From an uncultured Clostridia bacterium (GTDB taxonomy: Bacteria; Bacillota; Clostridia; TANB77; CAG-508), in contig CASUIT010000002.1 in assembly GCA_949455995.1 (NCBI GenBank), forward strand, positions 1-38,889: a stretch of DNA of 38,889 nucleotides. Direction: 5' to 3'. The notes under the pieces are model-generated. The model was given only the letters and a program-made list of their open reading frames with translations, searched no databases and was not told where the DNA came from. This document shows positions 1 through 10,844 of this stretch, piece after piece. The first letter of the stretch is position 1, and each line of letters opens with the position of its first letter. Position numbers and translations under genes: made by a program.

Positions 1-163
1 CATGGATGTATCAACAATATGGTATCGACCCAAGTACATTAGGACAATAAAGTTACTACTAAGCAACCAAACAAATACATATACCGAATGTAATGAGAGC
101 AACCTAAAATCTTTTCAAATTTGAAATTATGATACACAAGGTATGAAAAAAATAAAAAAACAG

Positions 164-192
164 TTGACAATGGGGTAAAGATAGGGTAAAAT
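164..192 (+). promoter_or_regulatory. sigma-A-type promoter upstream of the tRNA pair
   Basis: TTGACA (164-169), 17-nt spacer, TAAAAT (187-192), about 40 nt upstream of tRNA-His. Confidence 0.45.
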
Positions 193-231
193 AATATATG
201 TGTTCATTAATTGAATGCAAAAAACGCAAAT

Positions 232-309
232 GGTGGATGTAGCGTAGCTGGTTAACGCGCCAGTTTGTGGCACTGGAGACCGTGGGTTCGAGTCCCATCT
301 TCCACCCCA
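232..309 (+). tRNA. tRNA-His (anticodon GTG), with extra 5' G(-1) and encoded CCA
   Basis: Cloverleaf folded by eye. Anticodon stem CCAGT/ACTGG with loop TTGTGGC. T-arm GTGGG-TTCGAGT-CCCAT. Terminal CCA. Confidence 0.85.
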
Positions 310-323
310 TTAAAAATAAATAT

Positions 324-398
324 TGGGCTGTAGCCAAGCGGTAAGGCACGTGACTTTGACTCACGCATGCGCTAGTTCGAATCTAGCCAGCCCAGCCA
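324..398 (+). tRNA. tRNA-Gln (anticodon TTG), encoded CCA
   Basis: Acceptor TGGGCTG/CAGCCCA. Anticodon stem CGTGA/TCACG with loop CTTTGAC. T-loop TTCGAAT. Confidence 0.85.
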
Positions 399-485
399 AT
401 AAGCGTTTTTGTCGAACTTTTTGAAAAGCTTGATATAACTAAATTTTAAGACTATCAAAAAGTTTGATGAACACAAAAACTTTAA

Positions 486-514
486 ACCGTTTCAAAAGAA
501 ACGGTCTTTTTTTT
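486..514 (+). terminator. rho-independent terminator after the tRNA genes
   Basis: Stem ACCGTTTC, loop AAAA, stem GAAACGGT, followed by CTTTTTTTT. Confidence 0.65.
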
Positions 515-688
515 ACATTAATTACAATTAATAGGAGTACCAGTTGATTTATCAAATTTAATAACATGATATAAGCCATCGTATAAAGAACTTCCTAAAG
601 AATTAAAAAATTTTGTTATATTGTTTTAATTTTTAAATAATTATGATAATATAGATATAATAGATTAATAAAAAAGGTTAGGTAATAT

Positions 689-1258
689 ATGAATTTATAC
701 ATAAGTGCAAGTAATAGAAAACACAATAGTTATAACTTATTGAACAAATTAAGAAATGAAAATGACATTTTTATTTCGTTAGCAGATTTAGATATTAAAT
801 ATTGCATAGGATGTAACGCTTGTCAAAATAATGAAGAAAATCAATGTGTATTAAAGGATGATATGAATAAAATTTATGGTGCAATCAGCAAATGTGATAA
901 CATTATAATAATGTCTCCAATTTATATGAATCAAATAACAGGTATTTTAAAGAATGTATTTGATAGATTTAATCCTTATTGTGCTAGTGAAAACTTAAAA
1001 GAAAAGAAGATATATTTAATTACTGTTGGTCAAATGAGTGAAGAAGAACAGCAAGAAATATGCGATTCCATTGATAATTGGTTTAAGAGTATATCAGAAT
1101 TTTTATATTTTGACTTTGAATATCTTTATAATTTCACAAGTGGAGATATATTAGAAATAGATCGTATAGAAAAAATGTATAATGAAAGCCAATTAGATAG
1201 TATTATAGAGAATATAAAAAATAAAATAAATAATTGGATTAGAGGAAAGAAATATTAA
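689..1258 (+). CDS. flavodoxin-like fold / NAD(P)H-dependent FMN reductase family protein with a CxxCxxC cluster
   Basis: 189-aa ORF with an RBS. N-terminal MNLYISAS...N strand-loop and a CIGCNAC motif typical of iron-sulfur flavoproteins. Assigned by motif only. Confidence 0.55.
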   Translation: MNLYISASNRKHNSYNLLNKLRNENDIFISLADLDIKYCIGCNACQNNEENQCVLKDDMNKIYGAISKCDNIIIMSPIYMNQITGILKNVFDRFNPYCASENLKEKKIYLITVGQMSEEEQQEICDSIDNWFKSISEFLYFDFEYLYNFTSGDILEIDRIEKMYNESQLDSIIENIKNKINNWIRGKKY

Positions 1259-1260
1259 AA

Positions 1261-1605
1261 AGCAAAAGTAGTAAAATAATAAATATATCTAGTACTAATA
1301 GAATAGATGCATTTTTTTCAACAAGTATAGATTATGATGCTTCAAAAGCAGGATTAATAAATCTAACTCATAATTTGGCAATCCAATTTGCACCATATAT
1401 AAATGTAAATTGTGTTGCACCAGGTTGGGTAAATACAGATATGAATAAAGACTTGCCTAAAGAGTTAGTTGAAGAAGAAACCAATAAAATTTATAAAAAA
1501 CGATTTGCAGAGCCCAATGAAATTGCAAAGGTAGTTACATTTTTAGCTAGTGAAGATGCAGATTTTATAAATGGTGAAGTAATAAAAGTTCATGGAGGTT
1601 ATTAA
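1261..1605 (+). pseudogene. 5'-truncated short-chain dehydrogenase/reductase (FabG-like), lacking the Rossmann NAD(P)-binding half
   Basis: The frame reads KIINISS...[37 protein letters not shown]...[13 protein letters not shown], i.e. SDR catalytic YxxxK through the C-terminus. No TGxxxGxG region. It starts 3 nt after the upstream gene's stop. Confidence 0.75.
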
Positions 1606-1613
1606 TAAATTGA

Positions 1614-2123
1614 ATGGAAACTAAAAATATGGAAAAACATGAATTAGTTGATATAAATGGGAATAAAACAGGTGAAATTTTAACACATGTTGAGGCTCGT
1701 GATATTAACAATGTGCCTAGTGGATGTTATATATCAGTAGTTGGAGTAGTTATCATTAATGGAAATGATGAAATATTACTTCAGAAACGTAGTAGATTTA
1801 AAAGAGCAAATCCTAGTAAATGGGGTATTTGTGGAGGAAAAGTAGATTTAAGAGAAACACCACTTGATGCAGGAGTTCGTGAAACTTTAGAAGAGATAGG
1901 CATTCTTTTAAATAAAGAAGAGTTAAAATTTTTAAGTATGGATACCAATGAAAAATTACATTTTACAGTATATTATGTTAGAAAGAATGTAGATGTAAAC
2001 GAATGCAAATTACAAGAAGAGGAACTTGAAGAAGTCAGATATTTTAAAATAGAAGAATTAGAAGATTTAGATAATGAAGGCTTTGAATGGCTAGAAAATT
2101 TAAAAAAAGTAATAAATAATTAA
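1614..2123 (+). CDS. NUDIX hydrolase
   Basis: Nudix box GGKVDLRETPLDAGVRETLEEIG (Gx5Ex7REUxEExGU). Confidence 0.85.
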   Translation: METKNMEKHELVDINGNKTGEILTHVEARDINNVPSGCYISVVGVVIINGNDEILLQKRSRFKRANPSKWGICGGKVDLRETPLDAGVRETLEEIGILLNKEELKFLSMDTNEKLHFTVYYVRKNVDVNECKLQEEELEEVRYFKIEELEDLDNEGFEWLENLKKVINN

Positions 2124-2142
2124 AGAAGAGGAAAAACAAATT

Positions 2143-2967
2143 ATGTTAGATAATTTTGAAAGTATTAGTCCAACAGCAATAGTTACTTCTTATCCAAGAA
2201 CGTTTACAGATATACCTTATGAAAAGGAAATATACCAATGGTTACAGAAAAATTGCAAAGGTAATGATGTGAAATTAAATAAATTATTAGCACCAGAAAT
2301 AGAAGCAAGGTATAAACTAACTAACAAGATACTTGATGATTTAAATATACAACAGGTAGTCGAAATTGCAGCAGGATATTCTTCAAGAGGTATAATATAT
2401 GCCAAAAAAGGATATGAGTATATTGAAATGGATTTAGATGAAGTAGCTAAAAATAAAGTTAAATTACTAAAGGATATTGTTAATATTCCCAATAATTTAC
2501 ATATAACAAGTGGTAATGCATTAAACTATGCAGACTTTGAAAAATGTGATGAATTTCTTGATAAAAATAAAGAAGTAGCAATAATAAATGAAGGATTACT
2601 TAGATACTTAACATTTGAAGAAAAAGGAATTGTGGCAAAAAATATTTATAATATATTAAAGAAACAAAAGGGAGTATGGATCACTTGTGATGTTACGCCT
2701 AAAAAGTTTATAGAAAAGCAAAATGTGTGCTTACCAGACTTTAATAAAAACTTAAATCAAGTTACTTCAAGAAATGATTTACAAGACAGATTCAATGATA
2801 TAGAACATATAAAATCATTTATGATGAAAATAGGGTTTAAAGATATTGAGATTCATAGATTTATTGAAATGAAAGAACAGTTAAAATCGTTTGAAATATT
2901 GGACGTGGCAAAAGAAGAATATGATGAATTATTAGAAAATGCAGTAGTAGCTGTTATTAAAATATAA
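2143..2967 (+). CDS. class I SAM-dependent methyltransferase (LCM/TcmP-like)
   Basis: N-terminal ISPTAIVTSYPR and a VVEIAAGYSSRG motif-I-like glycine-rich loop. 274 aa with an RBS. Confidence 0.5.
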   Translation: MLDNFESISPTAIVTSYPRTFTDIPYEKEIYQWLQKNCKGNDVKLNKLLAPEIEARYKLTNKILDDLNIQQVVEIAAGYSSRGIIYAKKGYEYIEMDLDEVAKNKVKLLKDIVNIPNNLHITSGNALNYADFEKCDEFLDKNKEVAIINEGLLRYLTFEEKGIVAKNIYNILKKQKGVWITCDVTPKKFIEKQNVCLPDFNKNLNQVTSRNDLQDRFNDIEHIKSFMMKIGFKDIEIHRFIEMKEQLKSFEILDVAKEEYDELLENAVVAVIKI

Positions 2968-3020
2968 ACTTTTCTAAAAAGTATTGCCAAACCTGAAAAA
3001 TTAGGAGGTACAAAATTTTT

Positions 3021-3446
3021 GAAAATGTTTGGTTTCTAGGTCAAATTAACAGAAAATTTGAAGTACCAACAAAAAACTTACCAACAGTTTTAGAAAATCA
3101 AAAAATTGATTATTTATATGATGATTGTGGTGGAATTGTTGTAAAAACAGAAAAAGGGATAATTGTATTTAGTTCTTGTTCTCATTTAGGAATTGATAAT
3201 ATTATTGAGCAAGCTAAATGTATCACTAGTGATTGTAGAGTGTTAGCAGTTGTTGGTGGATTTCATTTAAAAGAAATAAGTTTATATACAGAAAAAATAT
3301 TACAATATTTCAAAGATAATAAAATATAAAAAGCCTATATGGGTCACTGTACTTCTGATGAAGTAATTGAATATTTCGAAAAGCAATTAAATGGAATTAC
3401 AGAAGTTAAAAAGCTATTTGCTGTAGCACAATTTGAAATTGAATAG
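3021..3446 (+). pseudogene. C-terminal remnant of an MBL-fold metallo-hydrolase with an in-frame TAA
   Basis: The frame reads ...GIIVFSSCSHLGIDNII...VVGGFHLKE...DNKI*KAYMGHCTSDEVIEYF.... The N-terminal HxHxDH half is absent and there is an internal stop at 3327-3329. Confidence 0.6.
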
Positions 3447-3737
3447 GCTTAGTAATATATATATATAATTTGTTATTAGAAAGCTGATTTAATAGATAGT
3501 TATAAACAAAATGAGTTCCAAAAATGTGTCCCACTAAGTTTAGAAGTCGATTTTTTCGCAGAAATAGAGGCTTTGAAAAGGGTTATTTTTTTGACAGCCC
3601 AGCCCAATTTCCCTCACTTTTTGTAATAATAAATAAAAAAATGATAGAGTTATGATAGGTATAATATTAAGAAATAAAGGAAAACAATAAAATATATTCA
3701 ATGGATGAATTATTAAAGGGAATGGACTTTTAAGAAA

Positions 3738-3780
3738 TAAAAAATAGAAGATATTACTATTTTGCATCTTCTATTTTTGT
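3738..3780. terminator. bidirectional rho-independent terminator
   Basis: Stem AATAGAAGAT (3743-3752) pairs with ATCTTCTATT (3766-3775). An A-run lies on one side and a T-run on the other. Confidence 0.6.
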
Positions 3781-3888
3781 TTGTATAATTAAAGAACAGC
3801 ACTAAAAGCAATAAATATTCTACCACCTAAAAGAATAAGTCTTAAAATAAATTTCCAAACTGGAATGGGTTTCCCATTCATTCCATTA

Positions 3889-4350
3889 TTAAATTTTTTC
3901 TCGATTTTCATGTTTGATTTTCTTTACTGGATTAATAAAAGAATGTGTTTCTTTCTCAAAATTTCTAACTAATTCTTTAGATTCGCCAATACCAAATTTA
4001 TTACAAATCCAATCAATAAATTTTTCAACAGTATCATAGAATTTATCAATAATTTTGTGTAAATGGTTATTATCTTTTTCTATTTTCAAATCTTAAATCC
4101 AGAGTATTACTTTTCTTTTTATATTCGTGTTCTAAATGTTCTACAGTATTGTGCAATTCTTCATTATCAGCAAGTATAAAATCTCTTTTTTATCTTTTGT
4201 ATGAATTACTGGTATATATACTAAATGCATATGTGGTGTAGTTTCATCTAAATGTACTGTTGCAGATATGATATTTTTCTCCAAGATTTTTGTAATTACA
4301 TATAAATTTATAACTTTCTTTAAAATATTTTTTAGTTTGATGTATTATGT
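3889..4350 (-). pseudogene. decayed plasmid recombination/mobilisation relaxase (Mob/Pre, MobV family)
   Basis: The minus strand around 4225-4254 encodes HLDETTPHMH(LVYIPV), the MobV HxDExxPHxH motif. Flanking frames are broken by stops and frameshifts. ORF 3889..4089 is the surviving tail. Confidence 0.65.
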
Positions 4351-4428
4351 TCATTTTGGGACATTTTTAAAAGTTACTACTTAAGACATTATCATAAATT
4401 AATCATACTGAAAATTATAATAAAGTAA

Positions 4429-4530
4429 ACCCACAGCATATGGGAATGCGAGTACCATATTATTTTTGCCTCAAAATTTAGAAGAAAAGAAATCAGCAGT
4501 ACAAAGAATAGAAAACTAAAAAATAGTTGA
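4429..4530 (+). pseudogene. N-terminal remnant of IS200/IS605 TnpA (Y1 transposase)
   Basis: Reads THSIWECEYHIIFASKFRRKEISS..., matching the conserved W-x-C-K-YHIVFxPKYRRK start of TnpA, then terminates. Confidence 0.6.
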
Positions 4531-4574
4531 TATCTAAAAAAAAATCGTATATAATAACAAAGGAGGAATACTAG

Positions 4575-5937
4575 ATGGAACTAAAAACAAAAAATCATAA
4601 AAAAGGATATTTTATAGTATTGGCAATATTATTCATCATTTTATACTTTGCCTATCAGTTTTATCAGAAAAATAATTTTAATGACTTTGTAAGAAGTGAA
4701 ACCAATATTTACAAATCAAAATTTATCAGAGACAAAGAAACAACGTACCATGATAAAAAAAGTTATAAAATTGAATCTAACCAATATAATGATGCTATGT
4801 TTTATAAAAAAGTAAAGGTAAAAAAAAATCAGCCCTATAAAGTAACTTGTATGGTAAAAACAAAAGATGTAGAGGCAAAAGAAGAAAATTCAGGAATAGG
4901 AGCTCAAATTTCTATTGAAGGAACAACAGAAAGATCAATAGCCATATCAGGAACGCAGGATTGGCAAAAATTAGAATTAATTTTTAATAGCAAAAATAGA
5001 GAAGAAGTAAACATTGGTTTTAGATTAGGAGGTTACCTAGGAGAAACAAAAGGAGAGGCATGGTTTGCAGATTTTTCAATCGAAGAAGGAGTCTCAGAGG
5101 AAAATAATAATTGGAAATTTGCAAGTTTTATTTTTAAAACAACAGATGTAACCATAAATCAAAAACAAGTAAAATTAGAAGTAACCACAAGTGATATAAA
5201 AGACATAAACAATACCATAAAATTTTTTGAAACATCATGTAGTAATCTATCAAATGGAAAAATGACAGCCAAATGTGATGTTTATGAAATTGATATGCCA
5301 TTATCTAAGTTATCTTATGATAGCGAATTTGGATATTATGTATCAGCAGAAGATATAGAAAGTCAAATAAAAGACATAATAACCGCAAATGACTATGATC
5401 ATATATTTGCCATTGTACGACTTCGGTGATGAAAAACATGAAAATGATATTCAAGTAAATGATTGGATAGGTTTAGGTTCAATGGACTATTATGGAATTG
5501 GTTTTTCTAATATACGTTTACCAAATGATTCAAAAAGTTATATATACAAATACAATAGAAGAATTAATACATTTCCAGAAGAAGTATTATTACATGAATT
5601 TTTACACTCATTAGAAAGAAATGCTCAAGAATATGGATATGAAAGACCACAATTACATGATTACCAGAAATATGGCTATGAAAACGAAATTTTAGTAGGG
5701 CAAAAGAAATGGTATACAGACTATATGAATAAAAATATTAAGACAAGCAGTGGAAAAATAGGATTACCAGAGGAAATATACACATTAAAGCCAGCCAAAA
5801 ATAGTAATTTTATATATTCTTATGAAGTAAAAGATATATTCAAAGAACCAGAAAATATGATAGAAGTAGTAATAGAAATTATTCAAAATTTAATATATAA
5901 AATAAAAATAATTGGCGAAAAATTAGTTACAAGTTAA
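4575..5937 (+). CDS. membrane-anchored protein with a CBM-like beta-sandwich region and a C-terminal HExxH metallopeptidase-like domain; needs a +1 shift at CGG 5424-5426
   Basis: ORFs 4575..5429 and 5389..5937 overlap. The zero frame ends ctt-CGG-tga and the +1 frame continues GGT GAT GAA (GDEKHEND...). HEFLH motif in the second part, N-terminal TM helix. Confidence 0.6.
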
Positions 5938-5991
5938 CAAATGTCTAAATAATTTTCAGTATAAAAAATAAAAAGAAAGATGGAAAAATAA

Positions 5992-7014
5992 ATGAAAGTA
6001 TCAGAATTTAATTATGAACTGCCAGAAGAATTAATAGCACAAACACCAATCGAAAAAAGAGACGAAGCAAGATTAATGATATTAAACAAAAATAAACAAA
6101 CCATAAAGCACAAAACATTTAAAAATATAATAGACTATTTGCAACCAGGAGATGTATTAGTCAGAAACAACACAAAAGTAATACCAGCAAGACTATATGG
6201 AAAAAAGGAAACAGGAGCCAAAGTCGAATTTTTGCTATTGAATCAGATAGAAAAAGACACATGGGAATGTATCGTAAGACCAGGAAATAAGTTATCAATT
6301 GGAACAAAAGTAATATTTGCAGAAGGACGATTAAAAGCAGAAATTTTAGAAATCATGTCTGGAGGAACCAGAAAAGTAAAATTTCAATATGAGGGAATAT
6401 TCAATGAAATATTAGACCAAATTGGACTAATGCCATTACCACCATATATTCATGAAGAATTAAAACAAAAAGAAAGATACCAAACCATATATGCAAAACA
6501 CAAAGGATCAGCAGCAGCACCAACAGCAGGATTACATTTCACAGAAGAACTAATCCAAAAAATACAAAAAAAAGGAATAACAATAGCCAATGTAACCCTA
6601 CACGTTGGAATAGGAACATTTCGACCAGTAAAAGAAGAAACCATAGAAGCACATAAAATGCACACAGAACATTACTATATAAAACAAGAAGATGCACAAA
6701 AAATAAACCAAGCAAAGAAAGAAAACAAAAAAGTAATAGCAATCGGAACCACATCATGTAGAGTATTAGAAACAGTAGCAGACCAAAATGGATATATACA
6801 AGAAGCAGAAGGAGACACACAAATCTATATCTATCCAGGCTATCAATTTAAGATACTAGACGGTCTAATCACCAACTTTCATTTGCCACAATCAACCTTG
6901 TTAATGTTAGTATCAGCACTAGCAGGAAAAGACTATATCATGAAAGCCTATAAAGAAGCAATAAAAGAAAAATACCGTTTCTTTAGTTTTGGTGATGCTA
7001 TGTTAATAATGTGA
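5992..7014 (+). CDS. queA: S-adenosylmethionine:tRNA ribosyltransferase-isomerase
   Basis: [19 protein letters not shown]..., [13 protein letters not shown] and TTSCRVLE are hallmark QueA motifs. Full length, 340 aa. Confidence 0.95.
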   Translation: MKVSEFNYELPEELIAQTPIEKRDEARLMILNKNKQTIKHKTFKNIIDYLQPGDVLVRNNTKVIPARLYGKKETGAKVEFLLLNQIEKDTWECIVRPGNKLSIGTKVIFAEGRLKAEILEIMSGGTRKVKFQYEGIFNEILDQIGLMPLPPYIHEELKQKERYQTIYAKHKGSAAAPTAGLHFTEELIQKIQKKGITIANVTLHVGIGTFRPVKEETIEAHKMHTEHYYIKQEDAQKINQAKKENKKVIAIGTTSCRVLETVADQNGYIQEAEGDTQIYIYPGYQFKILDGLITNFHLPQSTLLMLVSALAGKDYIMKAYKEAIKEKYRFFSFGDAMLIM

Positions 7015-7040
7015 CAAAAGGGGCGTCCCTTTTTGTCACA
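7010..7040 (+). repeat. REP-like 31-nt palindrome, copy 1
   Basis: TGTGACAAAAGGGGCGTCCCTTTTTGTCACA. It contains the queA stop codon (TGA 7012-7014). Confidence 0.9.
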
Positions 7041-7088
7041 AAAATAAAATAGGGGCAATAATTATAATTTAGGAAGGATAGGATAATT

Positions 7089-7832
7089 ATGCCCAAATTT
7101 ATTAGAGAGAATTTGAAAGGAATAGAATTTGTACATGTTACTACACATGGAATTGATGGAGAAAATATATATCAAAATATAAAAGAAAAAAAGGAAATTA
7201 GAAAACTGATTTTGGAAAATCAAGAAGAATTTAACATTAATATAATGTCATATTGTATAATGAATAATCATTTGCATTTATTAATTAGATTAAAGAATCC
7301 ACAAGATTTATCTAGATATATGCATAAGGTAAATACTTTATATGCTATATACTATAACAAACGACATAAAAGAGTTGGTTATGTATATAAAAATAGATTT
7401 TATTCACAAATAATAAAAGACAAAACACATCTTATCAATGCTATTATTTATATACACAATAACCCTGTCAAGGCAAAAATATGTGATAGTGTAAAAACAT
7501 ATGAATTTAGTAGCTATAAGAGTATTTTAAGTACACAATGGAAAGATTTTATAAACATATTTCCATCTAAAAAACAATACATAAAGGCTCATGTAAAAAA
7601 TAATAATAGTTTATATTCAGTAGATTTTGAGAAAGTAACATTAGAAGAAGCAAAAGACATTTTTATTAGATACTTAAAAAATAATGGATTAGATAAAGCA
7701 ACCTTAAAAAAAGAGAAATTGTATGAAATTTGTAAAGAATTAAAGAAAAATTATAAAATTACATATAGAGAATTAGAAAAAATTACAGGAATAGGGCGAG
7801 AGACCATAAGGAGGTTATTAAAAAATAAGTAA
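7089..7832 (+). CDS. REP-associated tyrosine transposase-like (IS200/Y1_Tnp superfamily) with a C-terminal HTH (DnaA-C-like) domain
   Basis: HUH motif in NNHLHLLI, downstream YVYKNRFYS and YIHNNPVKA. The C-terminus YRELEKITGIGRETIRRLL looks like an HTH. Flanked by inverted copies of the 31-nt palindrome. Confidence 0.75.
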   Translation: MPKFIRENLKGIEFVHVTTHGIDGENIYQNIKEKKEIRKLILENQEEFNINIMSYCIMNNHLHLLIRLKNPQDLSRYMHKVNTLYAIYYNKRHKRVGYVYKNRFYSQIIKDKTHLINAIIYIHNNPVKAKICDSVKTYEFSSYKSILSTQWKDFINIFPSKKQYIKAHVKNNNSLYSVDFEKVTLEEAKDIFIRYLKNNGLDKATLKKEKLYEICKELKKNYKITYRELEKITGIGRETIRRLLKNK

Positions 7833-7864
7833 GACAAGCATGAATAAATGTTTTAAATAAATAA

Positions 7865-9040
<1,176 letters not shown>

Positions 9041-9072
9041 TCAAAAAATAAATAGAAAAAGGGGGAGTTACT

Positions 9073-10638
9073 ATGAACTTAATTGAAGAAAATTTTCAAA
9101 ATAAAGAAGAAAAGAAAAAAAAGAGAACAACCAAAATTATATTAAGCGCTATCATTTTAGTAGTAATAGTTATTATAGCAATTGTAGGTTATTTAATGTA
9201 TCTTCAAAGTACAGTTATGACATTAACACTAGATGGTCAATCTAATGAAAAACTAAAAAAATTATTGGTATTTAGAAATGATGGGATATATGCACCAATC
9301 AAAGAGATTGCATCTTATTTTGGATATGAAAGTTATAATGGAGAATATAGTGAAAAGTCAGAACAAAAAAGCAAATGTTATGTAATAAATGAAAGTGAAG
9401 TCGTAAATTTTGAATTGGGACAAAATAAACTATATCGATTAGATTTAACGCAAAAAGATGCTAATAATTATGAATATACTTATATAAAAGATCCTATAAT
9501 AGCTATTGATGGAGTTTTATATATTTCAACAGAAGGACTAGAAGAAGCATTTAATATTAGTTTCCAATATAGTCCAGAACAAAATGAGATTGTTATATGG
9601 ACAATGCCATATTTATACCAAAGCTATGTAAATAAAGTGTTAGATTATGGTTTTGTTGAACTAAGTAGTGAATTTGTAAATCAAAAAGCCATATTAAAAA
9701 ATCAATTAATTGTTTTAAAAGATGGAGGAAAAAAGCAATATGGAGTAATACAAACAGATGGACAAGCAATATTAGAGCCCAAATATGATAACATTACCTA
9801 TCTTCCGAATACTGGAGATTTTTTAGTAGAAGTAGATAAAAAAGTTGGTATATTATCTTCAAATAAAGACACAAAAGTACAAATTATCTATGATAGCATA
9901 GAGTTGATGGATAGTGATGCAGGTTTGTATGTAGCACAAAAAGAAGGAAAATATGGAGTTCTTGATTTAAAGGGAAATATAAAAATTCATATAGAAAATG
10001 ATGAAATAGGAATTGACAATTCAAAATTTACACAAAATAATATTAAAAATAAATATATATTAGCAGACAATTTAATACCTGTTAGAAAAGATAAATATTG
10101 GGGATTTTATGATAAAAGTGGAAATCAATTAACAGAATATAAATATGATAGTTTAGGATATATTGCATCTAGTAGTAAAGACGCAATTAATTTATTAGTA
10201 ATACCAAATTATAATGTATTAGTTGCATGTAAAGATAAAAAATATACATTAGTAAATACAATAGGAAAAGAGTTATTTGCAACAGTAGCAGATGATATTT
10301 ATATGAGAATTAGTGGAGGAGAAAAACATTATTATATTACAGTAAATGATCAAATAATGGATGCAGAAGAATGGTTAAACAAAAATGGAATAACCGCAAA
10401 ACAAACAGAAAACACAAATGAGCAATCATCTTCTAATACAGAAAATCAGCAAGGCAACAATAATGAAAAGCAATCAAACAATAACGAAGAAGGACAGCAA
10501 AATGGCAATAATGAAGAACAATCAAATAATAACGAAGAAGAACCACAAGAAAATAATAATGAAGAGCAATCAGATAATAACGAAGAAGGACAGCAAGAAA
10601 ACAATAATGAAGAACAATCAAATAATAACGAAGAATAA
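9073..10638 (+). CDS. membrane-anchored WG-repeat (KWG-like) protein with a copper-amine-oxidase-N-like domain and an N/E/Q-rich repetitive tail
   Basis: N-terminal TM. Repeated motifs KYGVIQTDGQAILEPKYD, KYGVLDLKGN and YWGFYDKSGNQLTEYKYD. C-terminal NNEE(Q/G) repeats. Confidence 0.6.
   Translation: MNLIEENFQNKEEKKKKRTTKIILSAIILVVIVIIAIVGYLMYLQSTVMTLTLDGQSNEKLKKLLVFRNDGIYAPIKEIASYFGYESYNGEYSEKSEQKSKCYVINESEVVNFELGQNKLYRLDLTQKDANNYEYTYIKDPIIAIDGVLYISTEGLEEAFNISFQYSPEQNEIVIWTMPYLYQSYVNKVLDYGFVELSSEFVNQKAILKNQLIVLKDGGKKQYGVIQTDGQAILEPKYDNITYLPNTGDFLVEVDKKVGILSSNKDTKVQIIYDSIELMDSDAGLYVAQKEGKYGVLDLKGNIKIHIENDEIGIDNSKFTQNNIKNKYILADNLIPVRKDKYWGFYDKSGNQLTEYKYDSLGYIASSSKDAINLLVIPNYNVLVACKDKKYTLVNTIGKELFATVADDIYMRISGGEKHYYITVNDQIMDAEEWLNKNGITAKQTENTNEQSSSNTENQQGNNNEKQSNNNEEGQQNGNNEEQSNNNEEEPQENNNEEQSDNNEEGQQENNNEEQSNNNEE
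10459..10638 (+). repeat. 48-bp tandem repeat, about 3.75 copies, coding for the (NNEEQSNNNEEGQQxx) tail
   Basis: Units at 10459-10506, 10507-10554, 10555-10602 and 10603-10638 (partial). Confidence 0.85.
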
Positions 10639-10662
10639 TTAGTTAAAAATTATATTAATGTT

Positions 10663-10721
10663 CCCATTTAAAGTAGGCACTAATAAAAAAGAGGTGTATA
10701 CTTTAAATGGGATATTTTTTT
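10663..10721 (+). terminator. rho-independent terminator
   Basis: CCCATTTAAAGT ... ACTTTAAATGGG long stem followed by ATATTTTTTT. Confidence 0.6.
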
Positions 10722-10844
10722 CATAAAAATTGCAAAAAATGTTTACTTTTTTTGAAAAGTTGTATACAATAGAAAAGAAAAAAGAAAAATGTCAGAAAAC
10801 AGAGAGTAAAACAAAAGAAAATGAGAAAGAAAGGAAGTAAGTCC

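Noticed and set aside
104-364. 86-aa minus-strand ORF in the supplied track
   Set aside because: It overlaps the tRNA-His and tRNA-Gln genes on the opposite strand and has no RBS. It is an AT-rich chance ORF.
3540-3767. 75-aa minus-strand ORF, plus short similarity of 3522-3550 to 31848-31870 (AAAAATGT..TTTAGAAGT)
   Set aside because: The ORF has no start context and a repetitive hydrophobic sequence. The similarity is too short and AT-rich to call a repeat family.
6450-6820. Minus-strand ORFs 6450..6665 and 6539..6820 antisense to queA. Similar antisense ORFs occur at 2217..2492, 10932..11147, 11555..11866, 15345..15716, 16312..16587, 20655..20957, 21107..22697, 22707..22979, 23198..23458, 24563..24757, 30829..31532 and 35406..35669.
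   Set aside because: All lie antisense to well-supported genes, have leucine/phenylalanine-rich composition typical of reverse-complemented AT-rich coding DNA, and lack RBSs.
10418-10642. Alternative-frame ORFs (10418..10642 plus strand, 10433..10621 minus strand) across the 48-bp repeat
   Set aside because: These are artefacts of the low-complexity tandem repeat. The main frame is continuous with the WG-repeat protein.
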